A DNA stretch of 64,000 nucleotides. It comes from Phallusia mammillata. Lineage: Eukaryota. Positions 49,032-59,918 of the stretch are shown one piece after another. Position 1 is the stretch's first letter. Each line of letters begins with the position of its first letter. The notes beneath the pieces were generated by a model, which saw only the letters and a list, made by a program, of their open reading frames with translations, did no database searches and had not been told where the DNA came from. Made by a program: the position numbers and the translations under genes. The stretch is from contig OZ281494.1 of the NCBI GenBank assembly GCA_965637545.1, positions 14,632,001-14,696,000 of the forward strand, written 5' to 3'.

Positions 49032-49835
49032 ATCTAGTTAATCTAAGAAAAGTTTGTTACATCACAGACAAGTTAATAATACTACGATTATGCGCAAACA
49101 ATCGCCTTCTTTTTTGCCCTTTCGGTAGGGAAAAAGGGCTTTTAGACAGAGTAGACTTTTATACATTCCCCACAAAATTTAAACTAAAACGCAATTTGGA
49201 ATATGCTGGTATAAGAGGTGTGAAAACGAACAAGTTGAAATAAAATCATGTACCAATTAAGTTGAAAGGTTGGGCCCGTCGCCATACGTCATTCAAGTTT
49301 CTCCTGTCCAAATTAATTGCCCAACCATGTTCTCGGGAAAATCTCAAAAAACAAACAATCGCCAGCAAATTTATTCAACTAGCAACATGTTTAAGCTGGT
49401 GCGCCCCTTAAAGAGGGGACATTTTAGTCACTTTTTATTGTCCCCGAAGGACTTTTACAAATTGTTGTCAGCTTTGTATAAAATATTTTTAAACATGTTT
49501 ACTGTAATGTTTTGACCTGGTAGTGGTAGACCTGGGGTTATATGGTGGTCTTGAGGTAGCTCTTGCCTCCAAAAGTGCTGGTGACCCCTGCTTTAGACTA
49601 AAAAACGCCAGTCAAACAGATTTCGTTAATGCAAAATACGTGGATTACAAGACTTTTACAAACAAACGCTTTCTGCACGGCATGTCCACCGCTATTTGAG
49701 TCAGGTTGCTGTGTCTCGTGTTTGATGTGATGCGAAACTGATCGAGTTTTTTAGTGGATATGTACATACCCGACATATAATCGCAACTTATAAAGTAACA
49801 AACAAGCTGTCAAGTACCCGAAGCCACAAAAATAT

Positions 49836-50213
49836 GGGCTCCTCTAAAATACGCAATCTACTAAAAAAACTAACTAGGATGTTGACCGTTAGGACTAATA
49901 GGGTCTTGGTGAGGGTTTATAACAAAAATAACTTTACAATTTAATCCCAGATACCTTTTGGGCCTAATTTTCTATTAAATCCCAGATACCTTTTGGGCCT
50001 GAAAGTGTTAACATGCGGTACCATGCGGTGATAAGCACCACTCTCAACACATATGTGAATATTAAGCCCAAACTGGGCATCTGTAACTAAATTATAGTGT
50101 TATTTTTATTATAAACCCTCACCCAGACCCTAAAAGCCCTAACCGTCAACCTTTTTAAAAGTTACATACGTTTTATAAGTAGATTGCGTAGTTTGCGTAT
50201 TTTAGAGGAGCCC
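49836..50213. mobile_element. MITE with 9-bp TSD, same family as 3246-3672, opposite orientation
   Basis: TIR GGGCTCCTCTAAAATACGCAA; TSD CAAAAATAT at 49827-49835 and 50214-50222. Confidence 0.9.
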
Positions 50214-50883
50214 CAAAAATATGCCCGTTTTCACAACAATTGAATTTCATGGGTGTGTTTTGTAAACTTTCTCAAAAAACAGCAAAGTAGTAAATATGAG
50301 GTACTCAAATGAAACGAGTTTTAGTCTAAACAAGGTTTTTTAAAACACTAGGATTGAAATGCAGGTTTGTACAGTTGGTGGCTTTAAATACAACCCCCAA
50401 TCCTCTTGCATTTTGTCTTACAATACTTTTCTCTTGGATGTGGTGCAGGTATGTGTCCCAACTACATATGTGCCTCTTTTAGATCACAGAGTAAAATATT
50501 CATGTGATTGGGTACAACTTCATCTTTGATTAATTCAAACTTAAACAAAAACGGCAATTTAGGAATACATGTTAACAGCAACATTTAATTGAAACTTACA
50601 TTGTACGAAAATAATTGTAAAAAACAGGACACATATTGAAATCATGCAACAACAGCAAATAAAGAGAATAGAAGTGTGTTTGGTTACATGGTATACAATT
50701 AGGATAACTATTTTATTAGATATAGCATATTTTTGTTCAAAAAATAGTAATGACTAAATTCATGTTTGATAATGCAGCAGGAATCCATTTAACACAAACA
50801 GTCAGTATCCTGGTGTATTTACCAGCCAATCATTGATTTTAAAACTGCACAGTGGTGCTTTTTGATAATGCTAATTAGTTTAT

Positions 50884-52192
50884 TCACATTTCATCTTCAT
50901 CATCTATCTCCATTTCAGGAAAATCACCACATTTAACACACTTGGGGGCAACAAATGCACCATAACCAGGTTGACAAGAAAAGTATGACACTTCTTTTAC
51001 AGTTCCATTGTGTTTTCCATATGGCTCATCATACTCAATTCCAATCCAAATACCTGGCTTGAATTCTGTTTCTCCTGAACATTATCAAACTTTTTTAAAC
51101 AAAAAAATATTCTATTACATATTGCTGAAAACTGTTTAACCTAAATATGTGCATGTTGACAAAAAAATTAACTTTTCAAACTAAACTTGAACAAATACAT
51201 TTTAACAAAGGCACAACACATACCAACTTTTTGCAATAACTTACCAATAAACCTAACAGTTCCTCTCCTAATCATTTGGTCTGGTACTGTTACCTCACAT
51301 CGAGAGTTTAAAGAAATACTTTTCAAAGCTTCTTCATTTATCATAGCATTTTGTCTTGCTTGTTCCTGTTTCTGCTTTTCCAGTTCAGGATTATATTTCC
51401 CCTCCTTCTGTTGTTTCAGGAAAGAACGAACCGTGTCTAGATAGGGTAAAAAATACTTTCAATCAAAGCGATCAAGACCCAAGTTTAAAGGAAAACCAAA
51501 CAAAAAAAACATAATTTAGCTGTTCAAAGCAACATTTTTAAACCTACTTCTTTTTTTGTTGTATTCATCATCTGGCATGTTATATTTTTCAACTTGTGAT
51601 ACATCAGTATAATTTTCCTGGCTCTGGGGATTTTTGTTCACAACCTACACAAAAAGTTAATAAACAACACAGAAAAAGTAAAAACTGTCATTGTTGAACC
51701 GGTGTGGTTGTTGGTTGTCATCTTAACTTATAAGTATGTTTGTAAAGTGACACAAAAATACACCAAGGTTTATTTTAGACCCTTTTCAGCAAAATTATCA
51801 GACACAAATGCAAACCAACATTTAGTCTCATTCCATCATCAAGTTGGTATGATCCAATCAATCGTTCAGATTCATTGAGGTTAAACAAATGTTTGTCATC
51901 ACTGGAAAACACTTCAATCTCCATAAACTGTTCTGGACATCCTGTGATCAACACCAGCTTTCTCTGTATCAAACCATTCTCAACATTAAAAGGTCACACA
52001 AATGTTGTGCAATACAAAAATATACATTCTTTCAAAAATTTGATTTGTACAGTCACTCTTAAAAAAAAATAATCCCACCTTAAGTCCATCCACAGTTAAA
52101 GACTTGTCAAATTTGTTTTCATAGGAAAAACTATTCAAATTACTACTAACTCTAACATGCACAGCGCTGCTGGTTTTTACATAAGCATCCAT
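50884..52192 (-). CDS. TBCB: Tubulin-folding cofactor B; exons 52192-52079, 51963-51820, 51644-51548, 51436-51245, 51074-50884
   Basis: N-terminal ubiquitin-like domain (VRVSSNLNSFSYENKFDKSLTVDGLK/RKLVLITG); C-terminal CAP-Gly (GETEFKPGIWIGIEYDEPYGKHNGTV); GT-AG in-frame exons. Confidence 0.95.
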
Positions 52193-53077
52193 CTTTTCGT
52201 TTTAAAAAATACACTGCTAAATTATTTATATTCCAAATACTGATAAATAAAATATTATCAGTATTTTAAAAAAAAATCCATAGTTTGAGGGATCACCACA
52301 TAATGTATGTGAAAACAATTTGCATATCGCATGTGCCACATATAGCCGCAAACACATTTAGTACAACAATACATATATATACAAATATACATATATTACT
52401 ACTTTTTAGGGTTTGCAAGTATTTCAATAGGCCGGTCAAATACTATTTGAACTCAAATTTTAAACTAAATTGTCATTTTTGCTGTGTTTTTAAGCATTTT
52501 ATCCATTTGTTAACAAACTTTTAGCAACAAATATATGAAATATATTGTGACCACATATAGAACAAATTTTTAAAATACAAAATCAATTTTAAAACTTGCA
52601 CACAAGTAGTTATAGGAACACACAAGAAAGTATTCTTTATTGTCATTGCACATTGGGCCATTTGCCCCCCATTTTTGTAACAAACCGATACCGATAGACA
52701 TATTTTTGTCACGCCACAAATATGGGGCATACCCTAAATCCAACCATCAAAACTTTATGTTGCAGTACATCTCTTTTAAAGACAAGTTTGGCGGTAGATA
52801 AAAATAAACAAGGCATTACAATTGAATTTCTGGATTATTTCTGGTTTGCTTGAAAAACGAAGAATCGCATTTTTTGAAAGTAGTGGAAAAACAGCGGTTA
52901 AAAAATGACACTATTTATTTTTATTTTGGGGAAATCTGGTTTTGTAACTACAAAAGTAAATGAAACAAGGTATACTGTGAACGTTTTTGATTCCACTAAT
53001 TTTTTTTAAACACATGCCGGTAATTATTTAAGTCAAGAACATACAACGGTTACGTCAATTTATCATCATGAGTTTTT

Positions 53078-53091
53078 GAAGCCATGGTAAC
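53078..53091 (+). promoter_or_regulatory. RFX X-box-like motif overlapping the DNAL1 start codon and first donor
   Basis: GAAGCCATGGTAAC matches 12/14 of GTTGCCATGGTAAC; DNAL1 is a motile-cilia gene, a class typically regulated by RFX. Confidence 0.45.
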
Positions 53092-55753
53092 GCTTTTGGT
53101 CAGTGGTGTCAAACTGAAACAACTTTGAGGGCCAAAAACAAATTTTTAACTTAGTCGAGGGCCGCACTCTACAAAAAACATTACATGATTAAAAAGGTAA
53201 ATGTTCATTAATACCAGTAAATACTTTAAAAAACAATATGGTATTAAATAACAAACAGATATACAGTGTAGCAGAGTGAAAGAACCAACTGTGCTTCATT
53301 GCTTTGTGTAAAAACAATGGCATTGCAATGACGCAACAATCGCAACTGCTGATTCTAAAGATGGGTTTATTTGATCCAGTGTTTCATACCGGAACGGAAC
53401 GAAACCAAATAACGTTATTCGTTCTGAGCAAATTATTTATTTCGTTCTGGAACGATATTTTCATTTCGTTCCGGTCTGACCGAAATAAATTTATAACGGT
53501 ATTTTTCGGTATTTCGGTCTTAACAAAAGAACATGTCTTTGTGGTCTTTATAATTATTCAGCGAAAAAAGAAAGAAAGTTGCAACACATAAGAATTATTG
53601 TCAGTAGTTGTTACGTCACATAGCGTTTGTCAATAATGGTCAAACGGATGTAAATTGTAGGAGCTTCAATTTTTATTACAGTTTACCGGCGCGAAATTTT
53701 CAGCAATTGTTTCACGTCAAATGTCCAGAACGAAATACCGGAATAAAAAATAACGGTATTTCGTTTCATTCCGGTATTTTGAATATTTTTTATTTCTGTA
53801 TTTCGTTCCGGTATTTGAGCCAAAAATTATTTATTTCGTTCCGGTATAACGTTCCGTTCCGTTATGAAACACTGATTTGATCATCCTATTAAAACATTGC
53901 ATATACTACCAAGTACCAATAGAGAATGATAAACTTACTTCTGACAGGGTATTCCGCCTGAGTAAAACACAGAACTTCTAAAAGTTACTTCGCAGGCCAC
54001 ACATAAACTCATTGAGGGCCAAATGTTGACGCTTCTGCTTTAGGTTCCAGCAAAATCCATTTAAAGTTTTATGTTTTATGCTTTTGTTTAGACTGTTAAA
54101 ATAAATATTACATTTAAACAAAGTAATATTTGTCTTGCTCTGTGTGTTGGCAATAAACTGCGTGCCTTTGGAGGATTTTTTATAGTGACATTTGGATTGA
54201 AAATACAACCTACAATGGTATGTATAAGTATAGTGTGCAGCAATGTAATTATTTGTTTCAATTATTCATAACATGCAATTAAATATGCCTGTTCTTTGAA
54301 AACAGGGATCAAAGGGAACTAGCATTAAAGAAGCCTTGTCTAAATGGGTAAGTTTGTTGTTTAAGCTTGTTAGTATGTGACAAAAGTATCATCCTAAATT
54401 TGTTTTACATTAATTGTATTTTAGTCCTGATATGTTTGAACTTTTTACAGGAAGAAAAAAATGGTGAAAAAGCTGCAGATTCTAAAGCAGTCAAACTTTA
54501 TCAACAATGTCCCCCAATTGAAAAAATGGATGCCTCATTGTCAACACTTACCCATTGCGAGTGTGTATTAATTACAAATTATTAAGTTTTAATAACTGTA
54601 GTCCTGAACTTTATCTGGTTTGAGCATTGCTTTAACTGGAATATATTTGTTTGCAGAAAGTTATGTCTTTCCACAAACTGTATTGAAAAAGTAGCAAACC
54701 TCAATGGTTTAAGTAAGTATTTTGTTAAGAACTATTAACATAGGGTTTCTACTGTTTGATTAACTATTCTCATTGTAACAATTTGAATACAATATCAACT
54801 TGCAGAAAATTTAAAAATATTGTCACTCGGGAGAAACAACATCAAGAATCTCACTGGATTGGTAAGTAGAAAGAACAATGTTACATGCAACCAAAATCAT
54901 TAAATGTTTGTTTAGTTTCTGTATCACTGTGTAAATTAACTTTAATTAAAATCATTTCGAAAAACATTTCTTGTTCCATTGCGGTTCAAGTAAATCAACC
55001 CAAAGAAAATCATTTTATGTGTTTTTTTGCGGTCATTTGACCAAGAATAATTTTTGTGGACAGGAAGCAGTAGGGGATTCACTTGAAGAACTATGGATTT
55101 CATACAACTCAGTTGAAAAACTTAAAGGAATACATGTACTGAAAAAATTAAAGGTTTGGTACTGAAAATTGATATCTATTGCAAATTAGTGTTAACTGTT
55201 ACAACCCTTTTCCTTGTTTTTGTTTACTAGGTTTTGTTGATGAGCAACAATCTAGTCAAGGACATGAATGAATTTGTAAAGCTAGCTGAACTTCCTTTCC
55301 TGGTGGAGCTTCTTTTTGTTGGTAATTAAACACACAAGCTTGGACAAACTGTTAAAACCTATGACAAAACAACCTATACAATATCTGTTTTCATTTTTGT
55401 TAACTTTTCACAAGTCATGTTTACAATCCCATGTCCAGTTTAGAACTCACATTGGAAATGTTAATGCAAGAAACTACAACATAACATGTTTGATGTATTT
55501 TGCTAACGTGCATAAACCTTTTGAAACATGGAGAAACAACCAATTTCGGTGTTCTGTTTCTTGTTACGCTTTGCAGCTTGAACCTCATTGGCATTTGTTT
55601 TTCACATACCTACATTTGTGTGTTACAGGCAACCCACTGGAGGAGAGTGACCCAGGTACCTGGCAAGACAGGGCCACTGCCAAGTTGCCGAAACTTAAAA
55701 AGCTGGATGGGACACCGATTATTAAAAATGAAGAGGAGGACGAAGAAAGTTAA
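53084..55753 (+). CDS. DNAL1: Dynein axonemal light chain 1; exons 53084-53086 (ATG only, inferred), 54306-54347, 54451-54560, 54657-54712, 54806-54861, 55064-55153, 55231-55321, 55629-55753
   Basis: Spliced product [17 protein letters not shown]...[65 protein letters not shown]...LKKLDG matches DNAL1 LRRs. The ATG-only first exon is inferred from GCCATG|GTAAC. Confidence 0.94.
53101..54037. mobile_element. hAT MITE in DNAL1 intron 1, containing a nested MITE
   Basis: Ends CAGTGGTGTCAAAC / GTTGACGCTTCTG (diverged); TSD CTTTTGGT / CTTTAGGT (7/8). Confidence 0.7.
53377..53874. mobile_element. Nested hAT MITE (498 bp)
   Basis: TIR CAGTGTTTCATA(C/A)CGGAACGGAACG; perfect 8-bp TSD ATTTGATC (53369-53376, 53875-53882); many subterminal TTCCGG/TTCGTT motifs. 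Confidence 0.93.
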
Positions 55754-56565
55754 ACTTTCACTGTGTTGTTGATCAAAGTTTTGTAACTACTGTTGATACT
55801 TTCTTACGTTTTCATGCTTGTACATGAAATAAGTGGTGTTTTTTTTTTGTGGCGCAATATTTATAAAAACAGCACAGCAAAGAGTATTGCCTGGCGCCAA
55901 ATATATATGCTTTTTGTGTGAAGTGTCACAATACACAGCCCAGAATCCCAATGCCAGGAAGATCACACCAACCAACTAAAATGTCAGGAAAATGACACCA
56001 ACCAAATACTAACCACAGACAACACAGTAAACACATCCTTGGAGGTGTTCATAGTTTCCAAGACTGCTGTCCATTAACGACATTCTTGGCACCAAAAGTA
56101 AGCTCACTTTTTTTAATCTTAACTATATGGTAATGTTATCATATAGTTTGCTGATACATTTCTTTGTCATATTGAAATACACCACTTTAATGACACAAAA
56201 TTAACTGTTTAAATATAATGCTGCCACCTTCGCAACACACAAATTGTAGTTTGTTTCAACATCTTTAAATTCAACCTTAGACCTGTTTTTTAAAAGATGA
56301 ATCTTACCATAAGATTCTAATGATTCTGTAACTTTGTGGTGCACTTATCAACAAAACATTTAATTGTAGGTCAAGTATTGTACAGTATTTTGTAGAGCCA
56401 AATCTTTTGCTGGTAGGTAAAGGTTTGGTTTATCATTATTTCTAAGCTATTACTCGTATACATAGTACTGACATATATATAAAAAAATCCTTGACATTAC
56501 AACACTATGAAAAAAAAAATCTTTTTCAATGTATGTATTTTAATTTGTTGTCCTACCAAAGTTTG

Positions 56566-59136
56566 TTACAGCAATGCAGTTTTAATATAATTAACCACAC
56601 TCAAATTTTGATTAATAAGGCCTGTCATTGTGAATTTGGCTTCCTCCACCATTGTTAGGATTCTTTGAACACAAATCAACACATTTTCATCCAAGGAAAT
56701 TGCTCCAGCATGTTTTTTCATCAATAGTCCCAAATAGGCATTAACAACCTCAAAGTTCTTCTTTTTACTCAATTCAGCCTCCAAAAAATTCATAAAGATA
56801 ATAACATGGCTGCAGGATCCATGCCAGTCAATCAGATTTTGTATTTCAAAGTCAACAGTGGAAGGCTGTAGCTTTTCCATAAAGTCGAAAACTGCTTTAC
56901 TGTCTGTTAAATTTTTGTCAAAATTTTCAAGGACTTGAACAAATCGTGAAGTCGACATATTGGCCATTTGTGTGTCAGAATTGCTAACTTTTTGCTCTAT
57001 AACATCGCTCGTTACCAATGAAGGCAAAAAGAAAGGAGCACTTTCAGGTGCTTTTGGTGGTGCAATAGGTTTGTTACGTGCACGAATGACATCACTTGTC
57101 ATTAAACCTTGCCATTTAGAAACAGGCCAATCAGAAAGGCAAACAAGATCATGCATTTCAATGGAATCAGTACTTACAGACAAATTATTATCATCAAGTG
57201 AATGTAAAGAAACAGGATCTGATAAGGACATGTTTGTCCATAAGCAAATTCCAGTTTCTTCTACATGAGCTGTGGCTAACAGGTTACAGTTTGGAGAAAT
57301 AGCTAGGCCTGTAGCAATTGTATTAACTTCAATGCGGTCAACAAGGCACCCACTTGGTACATCCCAAATGCAAATGTCACAGTCATTGCTAGAAGTCAAA
57401 ATCCACTTGCCATCTGAGTTCCAACAGCAGTCTATGATGGCACCTGTGTGTCCACTAAAGGAGCGCACCAACTTCCTTGAGATAACATCCATGATAATAA
57501 ACGAAAAGTTGTCAAGAACAATCACAATCATTCCAGTTTCACTATGAAAGCGAACAAATGAGGGAGGATGTTCAATCTTTGCAACATCCAAAAGAAGTTT
57601 GGACTTAAACTTCCAAAATTTCACTTCTTTGTTTGTGCCCACTGACACTGTGATTTGATTCAATGAATCCACCGCGATCCCTGTAACACTACAGCAATGG
57701 GCTTTAGACTTTTTACATGCATTGTCAACAAAGCTACCCCTGTGGATTCCAGACTGTACATTGTGTACATCAACATGTCCTGTGTTGTGGCCAATAACAC
57801 AAAAATTTCCACAAGATGTCAAGAAAACAGAACTTGCATAATGAGTTTTTGTTTTTAATTTGTCAAAGCCTTTGACTCTGAATCTTTCATGCACAATTTT
57901 GTGTGACCCCATTCGCCCTTTAGGTATATTCCAAGTTGTGACAACAGGATTTCGATAGTGAAGAGCTACCGCACCATCCCACTGACCTTCACGAACATCA
58001 TTCATGTGAAAATCACAGATGGCAGGTAGAACTGTATTGCGGTACATGGCCTTTCCCAGAGGCTTGTCAGAAGACACATGTTCACATGAAAACTTTCGCA
58101 CGGTTGAATCACATCCAGCTGATATAATGGACATATCATTGTAAAATGCAACTTTTGTTGAAGGGCCTGCATGACCAGATCTTTCTCGAAGCAGTCTACC
58201 AGAAGAATTTCCTTTGTCAAAAGCCCAGATTTTTAGGGAATTATCTGAGGAGTTTGACAGCAGCAAAGGTTGACTTGGTAGAAAAGTTAATGCCCCCACT
58301 GCTTTAGTGTGTGCATGTTCCATAATGCCAATGGATACTTTTTCAGCCAGGTCCCACAAGCATATATGACCCATAACAGTACCAGTTGCCATATGTTCAT
58401 GTCCATCCATTCTGAAACTAATGCTTGTCACTGAACCATACTCGCTGTGAAGTTTTAAAATGATAGCATCATATCGCAAGTTAAATAGGGCAATGTCTCC
58501 ATTTTCTGTTCCTATGCCAATCACATCAACAGCTGTGCTTTGTTGTAATGCAGTAATAGCATTGTCTTTCCAGTGAGAAAATTCTGCAAGCATTTTTCCT
58601 TTTGATATATTCCATAACTGTAGTAAGCCGTTGTCACTGCCAAAGACTACCTTGTTCACATATGTACTTGGGTGCAACAGGGTTGATATTCCAAAACTTT
58701 CGTTAAGATTTAGACTTACATACAGCTCACCACTGGTAATGTGCCAGACTTTTACATGGCTGGAAGCATCCACTGAAATCAAATGTTTTCCAAATGGAAG
58801 AAGTAGGTGTACATCACACTCATGACCTTCCAACACTTGCAGAACCTGTCGGCCTGCTTTATACACATAAATGACATTTTCACATCCGACATAAATGTAG
58901 AAAGAGTCAGCAGCAATGCATGTAATAGCAGAAGGGCAGGGATTGCTAATCTGACATAACCCAAGCTTATCACAGTTGTATGACTTGAAGGAATTCCCAA
59001 CTGCCACAATCACATAATGCTTTGCATGTGTTTTGTGAAACCTTGTCACATGACCAATATGTGATGAAATTAAACCAAGGGTTTTGTATTTTTTAAATAT
59101 TCTGCTTCCATTACTTTGGTTTTCCAAATTAGTCAT
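56566..59136 (-). CDS. WDR36: WD repeat protein 36 (Utp21), intronless, 856 aa
   Basis: Uninterrupted ORF; N-terminal SRIFKKYKTLG, many WD40 repeats, Utp21 C-terminal KPIAPPKAPESAPFFLPS. Confidence 0.93.
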   Translation of the reverse strand: MTNLENQSNGSRIFKKYKTLGLISSHIGHVTRFHKTHAKHYVIVAVGNSFKSYNCDKLGLCQISNPCPSAITCIAADSFYIYVGCENVIYVYKAGRQVLQVLEGHECDVHLLLPFGKHLISVDASSHVKVWHITSGELYVSLNLNESFGISTLLHPSTYVNKVVFGSDNGLLQLWNISKGKMLAEFSHWKDNAITALQQSTAVDVIGIGTENGDIALFNLRYDAIILKLHSEYGSVTSISFRMDGHEHMATGTVMGHICLWDLAEKVSIGIMEHAHTKAVGALTFLPSQPLLLSNSSDNSLKIWAFDKGNSSGRLLRERSGHAGPSTKVAFYNDMSIISAGCDSTVRKFSCEHVSSDKPLGKAMYRNTVLPAICDFHMNDVREGQWDGAVALHYRNPVVTTWNIPKGRMGSHKIVHERFRVKGFDKLKTKTHYASSVFLTSCGNFCVIGHNTGHVDVHNVQSGIHRGSFVDNACKKSKAHCCSVTGIAVDSLNQITVSVGTNKEVKFWKFKSKLLLDVAKIEHPPSFVRFHSETGMIVIVLDNFSFIIMDVISRKLVRSFSGHTGAIIDCCWNSDGKWILTSSNDCDICIWDVPSGCLVDRIEVNTIATGLAISPNCNLLATAHVEETGICLWTNMSLSDPVSLHSLDDNNLSVSTDSIEMHDLVCLSDWPVSKWQGLMTSDVIRARNKPIAPPKAPESAPFFLPSLVTSDVIEQKVSNSDTQMANMSTSRFVQVLENFDKNLTDSKAVFDFMEKLQPSTVDFEIQNLIDWHGSCSHVIIFMNFLEAELSKKKNFEVVNAYLGLLMKKHAGAISLDENVLICVQRILTMVEEAKFTMTGLINQNLSVVNYIKTALL

Positions 59137-59918
59137 CGTTTATCATTTCAACTGTAAAAAATACCAGTGACATTAGGTCGATATTAAACACAACAAAACA
59201 AGAACATGTTTGTGATTCATTTAACTGTCGGTAACTGACACGACTAGGGATTATTTAATAATACTATACAGAAACAAGCAACTGTTATATATTCAGGTTC
59301 TTTAGGCCAGCTAATACCTAACAAAAAATGTAAATTATACAATATACTGTGAATATGCGGACAAAGTGTTTTCTTGGACCTGCCCTGTTAATAGGTTAAG
59401 AACTTACAACAAAGATATTCAGTTTTTAAGTGACGACAACGTTTTCAAACGATAAGTAAAGAAACAGTTCGCATTTTGCGAGTTTGTTTTTGAAAACTTT
59501 ACGTCTACGAAGTTCACGTGCGCATTGGCCACTTGATGTCGCAATTTTAAGTTTTTACTAATGTTTTGATATTTTGCAATAACATTAAACAATACACACA
59601 AAATTGACAAAAAAATACCACAGAAAATGAATAAATATGTTTGGAGGTTAGCAATTTGGTTTGTGTAAGCATAAAACTTGTATAGTGTACGTAACTCTTG
59701 TGAAACTTACAGCTGTTACGAAAACCATTGTTAATGTTGCATTGCAGTAACATATGGTAGTTTCGTACTTCGTAGTAGTGTGCTTTCGTAGTCTTCCGTT
59801 CTTTCCGACCTTGACAGTAGACGTATCTAAACCTTTTTAAGGTGATTTTTTGTGTTTCTCAGAGGTTTTGATGTAAATCGATTTTTTTCTTCTTTGGACA
59901 GGACATTAAATTATCAGC

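Noticed and set aside
48100-49590. Additional complete hAT MITEs ending at 48153 and 49590
   Set aside because: Single TIR-like ends only (GTTGGGAACCCCTG, GCTGGTGACCCCTG); no partner end with a matching TSD was found.
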